Shown here: piece after piece, positions 1 to 13,990 of the stretch
Numbering within the stretch: position 1 is the stretch's first letter
Layout: each line of letters begins with the position of its first letter
Assembly (NCBI GenBank): GCA_040285855.1
Contig: JAUFOQ010000001.1
Coordinates: 2,108,001 to 2,172,000, forward strand
DNA length: 64,000 nt
Direction of reading: 5' to 3'
DNA from: Eukaryota sp. GEM-RC1
Taxonomy: Eukaryota
The notes under the pieces: generated by a model
Databases searched by the model: none
What the model saw: the letters and a program-made list of their open reading frames with translations, nothing else
Told to the model about the DNA's origin: nothing
Position numbers and translations under genes: made by a program

Positions 1-283
1 AGAGTTTAGAGACTAGACTTAGAGAATAGATGGGGGTGAAGGATTTGACAAGAGATTTAGTTTCGCCGACGATAGATATGTGTTCGAAAGTGGAAAACTG
101 TCAGTGTGTGGAAGATGGATGGGGTGTGTAACGCAATGTCTTCAATAGTAACTGATACCGGTCCAGTTGAACTCAGGAATAGTAGTGCAGGATGACATTG
201 TGAGGAGTACTGTCTGCAGACATGGTGGAATACTAGTAGGTATTGATAAGTTTTTCAAAGACAGATTGTTGTGTTTCAGACCA
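1..283 (-). repeat. Partial composite-repeat/CCT3 5' copy, inverted relative to 43634-43932
   Basis: Reverse complement aligns by eye to 43634-43932. Confidence 0.8.
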
Positions 284-2680
284 ATTCTCTATGGACCAAC
301 ACAATATAACGTGAATAGAAACATACTGATTGTTCCAGATTTTCGCCATGGATTGTGCGGTTTGCATACAATATTTTCGATCCTTGAAAACTCTCTAAAG
401 CATTGTTTCTTCATAAGAAAACGGGGTTTCTGATCAAGCAGAGAAATAAAGGCTTTTGGAAAATATAATAACTAACAGACACTAACTAAAGTATCTTAAC
501 TGTGATCCTTCTAACCTTCACCAAACAACTTACATAATATCATTCTTCATAGAAGTGACTAGTAATTGTAAATGAGATGAAAAAAGTCCACTAAAATTTA
601 TATCATATAAAGAACGCCAATCAAAAATTTGGTTAGCTAGTGTGGACCAGATAATACTCCTCATATATATTCATATTCAATAAGAACTGACAATTAGTAC
701 AGCTCAAAGTAGTGAGACGCATTGTTTCAAAAACAGTAAGAATTCAACCATTCAATTACTCAAACTGACCAATGTGTTTGTTTATATTCATTCCCACATT
801 TTTTGAGCAATCATTTAAAAAGCGCAATACACTTTTTTTGAAACGACCGTAATTTGATACAAACAAAGGACAGAATGCGTAAAGTGCATGTCTTACGTCT
901 TGATGCCGTTAATGATTTTTTGAACTTATCCTGATTGGCTACAGTAGTTGTTAAATTTTTGAAAGGAAAGTATCAGATCCAGTGATCTTTCAGGTTATTT
1001 TATTTGCAAACATCCACAGACGCCACATCAACGACATACAATATGTCTGAACAATAAGAAACAACAATATCTGCTCTCTGTTTACAATAAAATTGTGTTA
1101 TTCAAACACTTACAGTGTATTGCAATTGTATGATTATCCAATATACTAAGTGTAATGTATATTTCTTATGACAACATATGTGTCGGTCCGTGTCTCAAAG
1201 AACTTTACGACCTAGAATCTACCACCAGTGAGTCATTTGACACATTATAAAGCGGAGCAAATTGAATACAGAAACGTAAAGTGAGAATGTGGTGAGAAGC
1301 CGTCAAGACTCAATAGCAAAAGTGTCACATTTCTTTGGAAGCAATTAATCCAATGTGATAAGGTTCAATAACAAAGGGGAGTTTGTGTATCGCAAAAGGT
1401 AAGGTTTTAAACTGGTCGAGAATATCTTCAGGTGTTGGACGAATGTCAAGATCAGGACCCCTCGGAGTAGAAATATCGCTGCGCCAGTGAATGACTCCTA
1501 CTTTCCCACCAGGCTAGAGTTAAAAGATCTTGATTGAACTAACCTTGAGTACTCTGAAGGCTTCCTGCAGTAGAACTTCAGGATTTTCGAGATGAAGAAT
1601 GTTGAACAGCATGATGTAATCAATCTGTGCTTCCTCCAGTCCTGTTCCTTGTTCAAGAACGTCTCTGATTTCAAGATGTACATTGTTTATCCCATTTGCA
1701 CGAATTTCTTTACCAGCTACAACAGCCATTTCTTGTTCTATATCAAAAGCATATATTGTGCCGCTTATCCGCTGCGCCGCTGGAATAGTAAAGGTTCCGT
1801 AACCAAATCCAATCTCTATAAGGTCATGAACGTCAGAGTCGATCTCCATTTTTGACAGTATCCCAGAAACATCAAAGAAGGAGGCCCAGACTTCTTGTTC
1901 AGGCATTCCGCTTTCTCTGACTTTCATTATGCGACTGTTGTGACAGGTGGTGTAGACTTAGAAACTGTAGAATTGACTATGATGACTCTGATGTAGAATC
2001 ACACATTTCATGTCATTCACTATCGCTTTCACCTTTCTTGACATCAGTTCCATCATATAGGACGTCTTTTCGTACCTGTTTTTTGTATCTCATTCGTCCC
2101 GTTTTATCTCTGTATCCTCGTGTGATCTTCCATTCACTCTTTACTCGTGACTGTTCTTCCCTGTCTTCGTCTCTTCGTGACACTTCATGTCTTGATCGTC
2201 AGTACTCGTACTCTAACACATACTTCATGCATGGTTGTTGTTCTAAGTTATATATAGACCTAACCGGCTAATTTTGTCTGAGTACCTTTCGTGGTGATAA
2301 GAGAAGAGAGCCGAAGATTATAGAACAGCTAAGACTTAGGACGTAGATATAGGGAATGACTAGAAAGCAAAACGTTGATGTCAAAAGGAGGATGAACTTC
2401 TTCATTCATGTCCCTAAACTTGTTACGCCGTGGGATGTCTTCTCCTACTCTCATTTGATCTTCATTCCTTCATTTGTCTCTGTATCCGCGCGTGAACTAT
2501 CAATCAATCATCTCTCGTAACCACTTCATCCTTGTTTCTCGATGTCTCTACTCCTCGATGTCTCTACTCATCTTTTTCGTCACTACTGTAACATATGTTT
2601 CTGGAAATGATGTATGTTCTTCTTAATACACGCTTAGCCTTGGATTATTTACTCTATTTCAGGTGTATCATGCGTACGCA
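274..2680. repeat. Segmental duplication, direct partner about 39570-41110
   Basis: 274-500 and 1230-2680 align to 39570-41110; about 500-1230 and about 2295-2395 are absent from the partner. Confidence 0.85.
1325..1927 (-). CDS. Class I SAM-dependent methyltransferase, 190 aa; exons 1927-1544 and 1513-1325, 30-nt intron 1514-1543
   Basis: Motif I (LIEIGFGYG) and motif II (YAFDI). Removing GTTAGTTCAATCAAGATCTTTTAACTCTAG restores the canonical RVLK|PGG motif and an open frame (PGGKVGVIHWRSDISTPRGPDLDIRP...SKEM) ending at TGA 1325-1327. Confidence 0.9.
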
Positions 2681-2910
2681 TCTCTTCTTGTTTGACTGGC
2701 ATTGTCTCTTGTATCACGTGATCAGTGATGACGTGCTCGATACTTCTCGTCTGCTGTTCTGTTTGTCTATGTCTCTTGATGTTCTTCTGTGAACTTGATG
2801 GTCATCTTAAAGCTCTCTCTTTTGTGATTGAGTATCAATCCAAAATTGTTTATCTGTTTTAATATCCAAAACAGAATAATGAAAGTAAGTTTTATTATGT
2901 ACTATCGATT
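2030..2910 (+). repeat. Composite repeat copy without CCT3 module, ending in hairpin 2876-2898
   Basis: Aligns with 53940-54555, 40600-41110 and the reverse complement of 6130-6730. Confidence 0.75.
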
Positions 2911-3099
2911 TCTTTTTGCCTGACTACCACATTTTTACGATCTTTATAATCCCTACAATAACCTCAGTTCACTTGCTCCTATGGAAAACTCAATCCAGCA
3001 TGATTTGAACCCTTTGAGTTCTATCGTATCGAATCATATAGGCGACACAGTTTAGTTGTCACTTTGTAGAATTGTATTAAAAAACTACACAAAGTCTTT

Positions 3100-3860
3100 G
3101 ATTCGGCAGGCGTCTTTGGCTTGTGTTATTGTCAGAAGGTTTGACCATAAACTGGTTAGGCTTGTCATGGCGGATGACAAACATCAAGCGAATCAAATTT
3201 TATTAGAATGATTCAACTGACTCATTCCGGATTGGAATGCATGATATTTTCAAAGATGTGATTGGAAAATACATCCGTGTCAAATTGGAACATGGAACCA
3301 ATGGTCAGCAGTTAGTGATATATTTTGAATGTCCATTGTGAAACGAATCTCATCAATTGACTATGATCTACATGTCCAACATTTGCAGCAAACGATCTCT
3401 CAAAATACCGTACTTGACGAACGTACATTACACATCAATGCCTGAACTTGTTTGTATTTTATGTTTGCGTGTTTTAGTATTCTGGAGAGTAGGAATAGAG
3501 ACTTCTCTACGTAGAACATTTCTAACATTACATTGTAGTTCTCGGAAATACACAAAAAGATCCTCATCGATTTTAGCTATTAAAAGTTTCACTTCAGCAC
3601 TACTCACCGTAATGATTGAGCGACCACAAGGAATTTGTGTGCAGCGAGAAAAGAGGACTGAGGTTTTCGAAAATACAGAGCTACAAGTGATTGTGTTGTT
3701 TGTAACGTGTTGAGAGCATGTACGGCCCTAGCTCTAGTGTCGTTTGAATAGGAGTCCCGTTCCACCCGGTGGCTTCACCTCACCCAACTTTTCCAAATTT
3801 CACCTGATGTCACCCAGACCCTCTTGCTTACCCGATGTCACCCAGTGTCACCTGGTACAA
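3100..3860 (-). mobile_element. hAT relic with subterminal GTCACC repeats
   Basis: IQNISLTADHW resembles the first catalytic-D motif; TCACC repeat cluster at 3760-3855. Confidence 0.5.
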
Positions 3861-4799
3861 CATAGTGGGAAAATAAGACAATATGTAACACCTACTTTCA
3901 CTTTACCGTTCTTAGAACTGAAGCAGAATTGACGTAATATATAAATTGTGGTTGGAATATATAAATCTAAGAACAATTCAGGAATGACGTTCAATCCTTA
4001 AAACATAATCTCTCACATAATTACTTATCCGAAATGGAGCATCGTTTGTTTTTTTTTAAAGAATGCCCACTGATAACAACGATTCTGATGTTACAGAGAT
4101 GGCATTAAGTGCAAGAAAATCTCTGGCTAAGGAAGCACATCCAGCATTTTTTTTCTCACTTTGTTTCCACCACAACAGAACATCAAAATCATCATTAAAA
4201 AACGAGTGTCAAAGACTATCGTCACAAACAATAAGAAGTTGAAGACGAATGGCTTATAGTATTTCAGTACTACTGATATTGGTTTCATCAAGTTGTCTAC
4301 AAACGGAACAAGATCCAACAAAATCTTCACTGTGGCTCAGTAGCCATCTATAATGTACACAGATAAACAATATCAGGGTAAACGTATTGACAAGTGATCT
4401 CAAAGTTTAAGATGAAGGTTCATTGGCCAGGTATGAACAGTATCCTTGTTTTTTTGTACTTGTTTTTATAAAGTCTGTTAATAGAATACATAACGTTTTG
4501 TAAAATTGTTGAATATACCACTCTATACCCCATAATGTACCAAAAAAAGTATACTGGAATTTTTCTCAGTACAACTGTAATCCAAATAAATGCTACACAT
4601 TATTTTATTATTTTGGGATAATTGAATTTCTACTAGTCAACTGAAAAACACTGTTGCAATACTACCATTGTTATTGCATTTCTACCATACATGCTTATTC
4701 ACTGGGAAGAACACCTTTCATTCCCTTTAGAGCTTAATATATCTTACAATTGTAAAGATGACCTTCAAATATCTATTTATCATGACGCTATAAAAGCTT

Positions 4800-5130
4800 G
4801 GAGTGATGTACATACAACTCACAGCGATTCACGTCGTTAAGACGGAGCGTTTACCATTACAGCCTTTGAAGAACACACTTATCGTAGACTTGCTGATACT
4901 GTAACACTAACAGCCAAAACAGTTGGAAGATCCCAAACTAGACAAGACAAACTCGACGCCACTTCACTCTCCCGAAAAGCCAAAGAAGCTTATGGCAATG
5001 ATCTTACACCGATTAAAGCCTTACGAGGTGTACAGGAACATGAAAAGTTGATATTTGGTGATGCGACTGAATCGTATGCATCTTTAGAAAAGTACATCCC
5101 ATCTCTTCGACAGTCAGACGTTAACCATTT
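4800..5130 (+). mobile_element. Mutator/MuDR transposase relic
   Basis: FTITAFEEHT...IKALRGVQEHEKLIFGDATESYASLEKYI matches the MuDR KAWRA...G...ESYxxLPxY region. Confidence 0.65.
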
Positions 5131-6129
5131 CGTACAGTATTCAAGGAATTGCAGATAAAACGAGGGGGTTTGACGAGAGACCAAAAAATTTAGACTTTAA
5201 ATTTTCTCAGTGTCACTATTCCAAATAAACTTTACGTATTACATTAATTTTTCTGGACATGGTATTTATGAACTACTCTCATCTCTCTGCATCACCAAAC
5301 CCACTCAGCAATTGGCCGTGTCCAATCACGAATCTTTCAGCATCAAGATCCCGCAGAACAGAAGAAGACGTTCCTAATTCTATTAATGGGTTAATGAAAG
5401 CAACAATATACAAGGTTACAACTGTTATATCCATCTTCACACAACACCAACATTAAGAAAGTCAAGTACTGGTGGAAGAATAAAGATTCTTTAGTTAATA
5501 TGCAGTTAAGTGATTGTCTTTTGAAGGAAGCTGCCGTTTCTAATGTGAGATACTCCCAATGTTTAAGGGTATGAAAGAGATTGTGTTCATCCATCCTATG
5601 AGGCCATCGAACGACAAAAAACATCTTTGTGACACTCACTTAGGTGAAGCATCGGAAGAAATCAGCTATCAAAGCAGACTGTCTATCAGAACTCGACAAA
5701 CTCTAACAACAGATGCATCAACTACTGCTAATAGGACAATGGTTTGATTTGCGTCTGTTACACCAAATGGGTCAGTATTTGAAGGTATCCAGACCAATCC
5801 AGGTAAACTTACTACAACTGTCAACATCGAAAGAATGATGGAGGAACAACTGGCAAATATCAGTGCTTTGCAGATTGTTACTATCAGACATAAATAACAT
5901 CATCTAATGTTGTTTGTTGACTCAAAACTGAATCAATTTGCATGGCGTTCTGCAACATCTGACAATAAAATATGGCTTTGACACGAAGTCTTGGAAAATG
6001 GATATGGTATGCGCTGCTTGTGCTGCGGATTCCTCTAGTTCAGAGTGTACTCGCTGAGGGAAAAGCCACGTTCTGAAGCCTCCAAACTTCAAGAAACTGT
6101 CAAGCATAATTCCATTCTTGTTTATAAAT

Positions 6130-7260
6130 TAACAGTTGATAATAAAATTTACTTTCAGTATTCTGAATATTAAAAGAGAGAAACATTTTTAAATTGACAA
6201 GTGATCACAAAGAGAAAAACTTTAAGATGACCACCATGTTCACAATAGAATATCAAGATATATTGATTAGCATAAGATTATACAAGAAGAATCGAACACG
6301 TCATCATTGATCACGTGATATTATGGACAATGGAAGTAGAAAATGATGAGTACACATAATACACATGTAATAGAGTAAATAATCCAAGGCTAAGGAGGAT
6401 ACCTGGATTAAGAAGAATACCTATCATTTACAGAAACATATGTTAGATAAGCGACGAGTAAAGATAGAGGAGTAGAGACATCAAGAAACAAGGATGAAGT
6501 GATCACGAGAGACGAGTGATTTATGGTCCACGCACGGATACAAATACAGATGAAGGAATGAAGATCAAATGAGAGTAGAAGGCGAGGTCACACGGCGTAA
6601 AGACGGGGTCAAGTGTTGAAGTTCATACATGATGGAGGAACAAGATGTTCGTCCAACATCAACGTTTGCTCTCTAGTCCTTCTTTCTGTCTACCTCCTGA
6701 GTCTTCTCAGTTCTGTAATCTTCGTTTATCTTCCGTTGTCATCGCTGTGTTGCTCGTTTTCTCATTTTCCGATGTTTCTTCTCTGGTTTGATTCGTTCTT
6801 TCCCTTTACGTTCCGATGTACGTCCAATTGTACAACTCTGTCTTGCAGTTGTACATGATCCTCTAGTTTCGGTCTTCCTCTTCCGATTTACACTCTTTTT
6901 CTACCCGTACTTACTTATCTCCATGCAGGCTTACTCCTCGTCGTGTAACAACTCCTGATATTCCGAATAGTCGTTCTCTAACTCATCAACAAAAACTTTA
7001 AACTTGTCTTGGTCTTGATCTGTCTCGATGTAACTCATCACTGTCCATTGATGTCCTTGTTACCGATCTTTCATCATTAGGATCTGTCATTTCACTGATC
7101 ACTTGTCCAAGCCATACTCACTGGAAATACTTTTGAGACGATCAAAGGTCTCTCCTTATAGAAGTTGTTGTCTCATTCCTAAGAATTCCTGGAATTCATC
7201 AGTTTTATACTTGTGATGGGATGTTTTCCGTCTTTTTCTTAACATTTTCCGTTGATGATG
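6130..7260 (-). repeat. Composite repeat copy, inverted relative to about 53420-54555
   Basis: About 1.1 kb of colinear similarity in reverse complement. Confidence 0.85.
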
Positions 7261-7659
7261 TTTTTGTTGACGTTTACCGGAATATTTACTAAGTTTTATT
7301 GCTTCTCCAGTAACTAGTCAACAATCTGTTTTCATGTTGTGTGCTTCATTACGTTTATTTTCACTGGATAAGATTCCATTAGGATAATATGTCTATCAAA
7401 AACTCCATTGATGGATGTAGTACTATCTTGTCTTTGTTATTATTGATGTTATTCTTTATTTATCGATACATTTAGACCTTTTATTTTCTCTAAATTGATC
7501 ATTTCAAGGACTTACATATACTATTTGTATGCTGAAAGAAACTTTCAACATAAATGTCTGTTTAACACAACAATTAAACATTTTCATTTGGTTCAATATA
7601 TTTACGCCTGGCTATTTTGTCTCTAATTTAACCTTCTTCACAAGACTCATATAAAAGAA

Positions 7660-8850
7660 GATAGGGTCAGAGATATTTGGGTATTTGCTCACAGAAATTG
7701 TCGTGATCAGTGGTCGAAGAACTTCAAAAAGTTGATCAAAACATTGATTTTACTTAATTCAGCAGAATTTAGAATAAGTGATGGGGTCTGCATGGCTTGT
7801 AAGTTGATTTAGATTGATAAGCAAACACATTTCGAGCAGAAGTTCACGTGAGTAAATGTAGGCGGAGTGAAAAGACTTTTTGTCACATCAGTATTTGTAC
7901 GTGGTGACAGTCTTTCATTGTATGACAAAGTAGGTCGAGTGATTATCATCAAGTAATTTGACATTCGGAATTGCAGTAGAATTCTGCTATCTCTACAATC
8001 TCTGACTAGCAGATGACTGTCTAAGTCAGTTTATAGAACATTCTTTTAAAAGGTTGGAGAACTGCTTTCTAGGTCAGGAGCCGGATTCAACCCATAGTGC
8101 TGAGCACGATTGCATGACTTTTTTACGAGAGCTTCAGGGTCGAGTTCCCTTCCACAACTCAAGTCAACTGCCATACACGGGGATGGTGCATCTGAGGTTA
8201 GAGAAGGTGAAGGTGGAGGTATGTAGTTGAAAGGAGAGGTGAAGAGTGCAAAGTAGATGGAGAAGCAGTCGGCAGAGTCTGAAGGAGACTCTTTGTTGTA
8301 TTATGGGGAGAATTCTTCGTCGTCGGTAGCATCTGGGTCATCGAGGGAATCGGTGGGGTTGAGTAAGTGTTCAGCAGTGTGGAATCTTGCTGATTCCTCT
8401 AAATTAGTCTTCAGGAATCGTCTCTTTCTAGTAGAAGTTGTTCCACTTCGAAACCGGAGACTTCTACATGTAGTTTGCAGCATTGGCATTTGAGGCTTTT
8501 GGACTCTTTACAGAAGAAGGTCCTTCTGGAAGTGAGATGGAGTTCGTAAGAAGAATCGCCACAGCTGGCGCAAGGGATGCCAGTGTCGTCATCTAGATGT
8601 TGTGTAGATTTCTTCTTGAGTAAATCTCTGTATTACAGGCTTTGGCAGCTCTGTTGATGAAGTGACTTCAATCTTTTGAAGTCATATAGCATGAGGTAAG
8701 TGGAGTTTCAGCTGGTGGTGACCTCACAAGCTGTTGTAGCCTCTTCTATATCAAGGTCCTTGGCAAATTTATTTAGTTGTTTTTTAAATACGGTTGATTT
8801 GTGACACTTAATTGCTATTCGTCTGACCTTCTTGATTTTGATCCTAATGA
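7660..8850 (-). mobile_element. Split hAT transposase relic with intervening unrelated sequence
   Basis: KKVRRIAIK...EVTTS*NSTYLML at about 8680-8830 and LFEVLRPL...SKYPNIS at about 7665-7735. Confidence 0.6.
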
Positions 8851-9279
8851 TGTCAATTCCAGCTTATCTAGCCAAGTTCAATACATGTTCGAGACTTATT
8901 CGTCCTAAAGGAGCAGTTTCAATTGGTTCGTTGAGAAACTTCAACATTCTATGGAAGTGAACGCTAGTAAACCACTTTATACTACGGAAAGTGGTTTGTT
9001 GTCACCCACGTACAACCTGCAGCTCTCCACTGACCAGTTGACAGAACTGTTACGGGATAACTTACTCGGACTAACAACACGCTCTCTTCTGAACGGCTCT
9101 TTGTAGATTGCTCCAATAACTTGGTGAGGTCTCAGACAAAGACTTACATCTGTAGAGTTTAAGGAGTTCTCTTGGGGAATATAGGAAGGACTTCTGGAAC
9201 CAAACCGTTCCATGTGTGTTCTATGCATTTCCAGATTTTTAAAAGAAAATCCTAAAATTATCGGTATGGATTTCCGCAA

Positions 9280-9520
9280 TAACGCTGGGGGGAAGTCTTA
9301 GTTTTAGGTTGACCAGCGCAAAATATTTTGTGGGCAGTATAAGTAGTGATAACTGTCCCATTAATGTCATCTTTACTGGAGCAATAAAGACGAAAGTTGC
9401 ACTGAGAGTCGGTAAATAACAGTGTACTTCTGGGTGTTAGTAGCTAGACTAATTTCCTTGTACTCTTGCAAGGCATGTTGATGTATTTTTACCCTCTACC
9501 GCTATTTTTGACTGTAGCAC
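9280..9520 (-). mobile_element. Possible MuDR N-terminal relic
   Basis: SQCNFRLYCSSK...VITTYTAHKIFC. Confidence 0.4.
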
Positions 9521-9829
9521 TATGCCCTCAACGAATTTAACTGAACGTTGGGATTGGCAAGATGTTACAGAGATTGGCATGTTGCTTCTAGTGACGTTTG
9601 AAGTTAAAGTGTGATGGTGTAAAACGAAATTTTATCAATTTTATGGTGGTTTATGGGGAACAAGCATTTTTATCAAGTACATTTTATATCTGAAATTGCA
9701 ATTACACTAGTATTGCTAATGGTAATCTATCATTGGGGTCCCAATACAAGCATAGTTGAGGGTAAGCTTGTATTGTGTTCCCTTAATAAACTCAAAGGCT
9801 TAAAAGGCTTTTTTTAAAACAATATACAG

Positions 9830-10030
9830 AGTATAGATATTTATTTATTTGGTAATATTGGAATTGCTGCTGAAAATTTCTTCGATGCCTTTTCAAAGTT
9901 GTGCCGTGACCATAGGAAAATTTTTAATCAGTCTCTTTGGCGCAATCGCATTGTTTTTTCCTTAAATAGAAGTTTCCCAAAGTATTTGAATCGTATTCTG
10001 GACCAATTGTATCGTGGTAATTCAAGAGTA
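9830..10030 (+). mobile_element. Possible C-terminus of an RLE-type non-LTR retrotransposon
   Basis: LFGNIGIAAENFFDAFSKLC...WRNRIVFSL resembles the end of restriction-like endonuclease domains. Confidence 0.4.
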
Positions 10031-12249
10031 GATGTTGTTCATTTAATATCTTTTAAGTCCTAGTTGTTTGTATTACGTTAATTTATAGCATAAAAAGATT
10101 ATAATAATGAGTATGTGTAGTGTAGAGGTGTGTTAAATGAATAAAGGTTAAACTACGGTGTGACATCCCACTTTAATTGGTACTTTAGTTTTACCTGATT
10201 CAGTTGAAGTCCGTTTGTAAGTAAGATTTTGTGGCTGGAATGAGATCTACAATGGTGATGACGAATTGTGAGACAAGTACTACTGAACGCTTAATTTTGA
10301 CACATGAGTCTTCCTTACATTACAAAACTGACAATTGAGTGTTTCAATAAACAATTATCAAAGCAAACGTTTTCTGAGTCAGTGGCAACAAGTAAGACCA
10401 AATTCTACAATGGAGCTTTATAGAGAGATTAGTTCTAGTTTGGAGATAATGTGTAAATCTAATTCTTACAAAGACCTCAAGTAGTCTTTTCAGGAAATAC
10501 TGGAGGCTAAAAGATCATCTGTGCTCACAACAGGAATTGTTCTACAGATAGTTATGACAATGTGATTTTAGATCTCACATGGTGTAGAAGAGTGTATTAA
10601 ATTGTAGCGTTTTTATATTAAATAATGAATATTTGTTTGGAATTTAATCAGTGAAACTTATGAACTGAGACTTAAGTTACAGAGCCAACATCTAACTGCG
10701 TCGTTAGATTTCCACAAGAATTAACCAGATGGTTTTCCATAGTCTTGGAGAGGATTCTGTCTATTCAACCAATCATTTTGGATTACCAATGATGGCAATT
10801 ATTCGAACCGATTGTTTTCTTGAAACATTCACGCCTTGTTTTGTATGAATAAAGAAAGAACATGGTAATAGTTATTATTGGGCTCTAGACCAGTATAATT
10901 CGATTCTTGAGATTTCACCAGAATCAATTGTAAGGGACCGTGATTTACGTCGCCTTTGAATAATCTCACAAGGACGAATGTTGGTTTCAACTGGTACAGA
11001 CAGTACAAATCGAGTTTTTAATCGATTAAAACTTCCCACAATAGTTGTGGGTGTATGTGCATCATATATGTCACCAGAACTGAGACCAACGGAGGTCAAT
11101 AAGGATGATGTTGTAGTTACAACGTCGTCTTCTAATTCTTCTGTCCATAGTACCATAGTTAATTCTAATAAGAATATTGTTAACGTTGTGGTCAACTGAA
11201 GTGGTTAATAAGATCCGTAAGTGGAAGGAACCTCCATACAAACTCTTTAATACTAGTTCTATTATCGAGGTAAAATCAACAATTATAATTGTGACCACAC
11301 CAATGTCACTGCTGAGGATAATGTGATGTTGCATTTTGCCTTTCTCATCACTTCAATTCATTTACCCTGTTCGATTTATCTACGCTTCATATTTCGGATT
11401 CTTATTAATTCCATTACTAACATTTCTCTTCAACAGTGTTACCCCTGACAGTCTTGCTGATAACATGATACCAGTGTTTGGCCTGACTCTTACTTTAATG
11501 GGGATGTTTTCCCTATGCAATTTATCTCTTCAAAGTTCTAAATTCCCACACTCATCAAATTTGGAAATCATGCTAAGCAAAATGTCCGTACAACTGCTGT
11601 CAGTAGCAGTAATATTGACCACAAGCATATAGGCATATACTTATTGCCATCGAGGACATAAATAAGGACAGAGATGCGTCTGTCCTGTCATGAATCCTTC
11701 AGACTAATTCAACAAGTAAATTAAAAATGAAGTCTTGTTTAGCTTGATAAATTAGGTAAATTAAATCTCTTTTCTTGTACAAGTGGCGATAGACAACATC
11801 TACAAGGATTGTGGATGAAGACTTCTGCCATGTTTAAAAACATAACTGAAAGATTAACAACCAAATAATAAAATTTACTTTCATTATCATGTTCGGATAT
11901 CAAAACTGACAATGAATTTCAGACAAAAATCATACAGAAGATAAATAGAAATACATGAAATAAACGTAAAACACCAGAAACATATACAAATAATCGAGAG
12001 GACCAAAAAATGGCAAGTGTCAACATCTGATTAGACTAAAAGAATCGATCACGTCATCATGGATGGCGTTGATTTATTAATGAGAGAAATCAAATTGGAT
12101 AAAAACAACCAATTCAACTTCACTAGAGCTAATAATTCAAGGCTAAGTCTGGATACACACAATTTAAGAGCAATAACCACCAGTTCTGGAAGACTACATT
12201 AGATTAGTTAAGAAAAAGATATAAACAGCCACCAAAGAGAGCAATGATT

Positions 12250-13030
12250 ACTAGTTCAAAGTGATTAATAACTCACTAAAGAGAACACTAGAGGAAACTA
12301 GAGGATCATCGATGATGTTTTCGTTTGATAGGGGATGATGTCTTGGTTGAGGTAATCTCCACTTAATACTTTCCCTAACAAACTCCTTAATGTCAATTTC
12401 CTTAGTTTCATCATAAAAAGTCTGAGTTAGGGTGGAAACAACATCAATTGGAGGACTATACATGAGATCGATACAACGACAAACTTATTACCAAGAGTAG
12501 ACTTGGCAAGGTTCGAAGCCTCCGTCTTGCTGTTTCATGTAAGTAAGTACGGCGAAAGCAATAGAGACAAGCTTGTCGTAATCTTCAACGATGATGGTGA
12601 GGTAACTGTTGAAGAGAGGTTTAGCGTAGGCAAGGAGTTCAAAAGCGAGGATCATGACTGAGGTTGTTCCGTCACCAACTTCTTCATGTTGGGTTAGCGC
12701 TAGTTCGATCTTAGTTCTGGCAGTGGGAGGAACCGACTCGACTCAACTTTTAGAAGTCGAGGAAGTCTCATTGCCTTTGAAATCAGCGTGGAATTGAGTC
12801 CAAACACAAAAGTTCAACTCGAGTTGTTACCCATCTCTAAATAGAGACTGAAAGAAGAGAGAAGATGATATACTACCAACAGATTCAGTTTCGATTATTC
12901 TAGGAAGTTGAGCTTTGCATTGGAATGGAAGTGTAAAGGTTACAGTAAAAGATGAATGGATGTAGAAAAGGAATCTCAAGAGGGCAATTGAGGGACGGAT
13001 CTCAGTAGTGTACGATTATAGCGGATGGAT
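12250..13030 (-). pseudogene. CCT3: Decayed CCT-gamma (TCP-1 family) N-terminal fragment within composite repeat
   Basis: IELALTQHEEVGDGTTSVMILA and KEIDIKEFVR; interrupted by a roughly 100-bp insert near 12735-12840. Confidence 0.75.
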
Positions 13031-13435
13031 AATGGATTTACAAATACTATTATTTGAGTGGAAGCTCATTCACTAGTCAAACACAGTAGTGCAGATTGCT
13101 ACTGCATCATCTGATCGTTTAGAAATCCAATCTGTGGGTTTCTGGGCCCTTTATCATTGTTATATTCCGCCGTAGCCACTCAATAAATGCATTGCAATTC
13201 GAAAAGCTACTACTATTGTTGATTGTGAGCGATTAATGAGCTTCGTTCGTAAAAATGTCATTTTGGGGGAAGTTGTGGTCAGCAAATGACGTACTCTAAA
13301 TGTGAATACATGTGACAATCACGATTTTGATATCCTAAGCATTGTTTAACGGTGAAATTTATGACGATGGTAACTGTTAAAATCTCACATTGGATCATCA
13401 TGTTCAAAAAAGTAACAATTTATTTTAGTTGGTCA

Positions 13436-13990
13436 GAAGTACAGTACCGGTACTTGTACCGGACGTACGTACGTACGGTACGGTACGGTACGCCTAAAAT
13501 CGCCGCGGTACGGAACATTTGCGTTCCATGCACTTGACAAATGTATTCTTACAATAAAACGACTACTTCTGCTGACTTTTTGTTTCTTCTAACTTTCCTC
13601 AAAGTTTCAGTGTTCCAAAAAGAACGGTTATAGTGTAGGAAAAGTTGCCTTTCGAATGAGCCAGCAGTCAAACCAAAACGATGTTCACCAATAGTTCACC
13701 GTACAGCTGAAAACAGTCTTTCACATTCATTGGAAGTACCCGGGATGAATGAAAGGTCTATATAACGTGACGCATTTTGCCTTCGAAGAGCAGAATTGTT
13801 CAAATCAGATTGGATATCTACTGACTCCAGTGCGATATCAGAAGGCGCTTTTCAAATTTAACAAGTGTATTCTTCTCAGCTGTATTTAATTCCACTTGAT
13901 GTCCCTTCAAAACTTTGACGATAGCAGTTTCAAATGTCATCGAGTGAAGAATATTGGCATTTTCAGCAGTATAAGCAGTACATTGAGGAT
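13436..13990 (-). mobile_element. hAT-like transposase C-terminus plus GTACG subterminal repeats
   Basis: YIDLSFIPGTSNECERLFSA...QLFLHYNRSFW; GTACG/GTACC array at 13436-13515. Confidence 0.8.
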
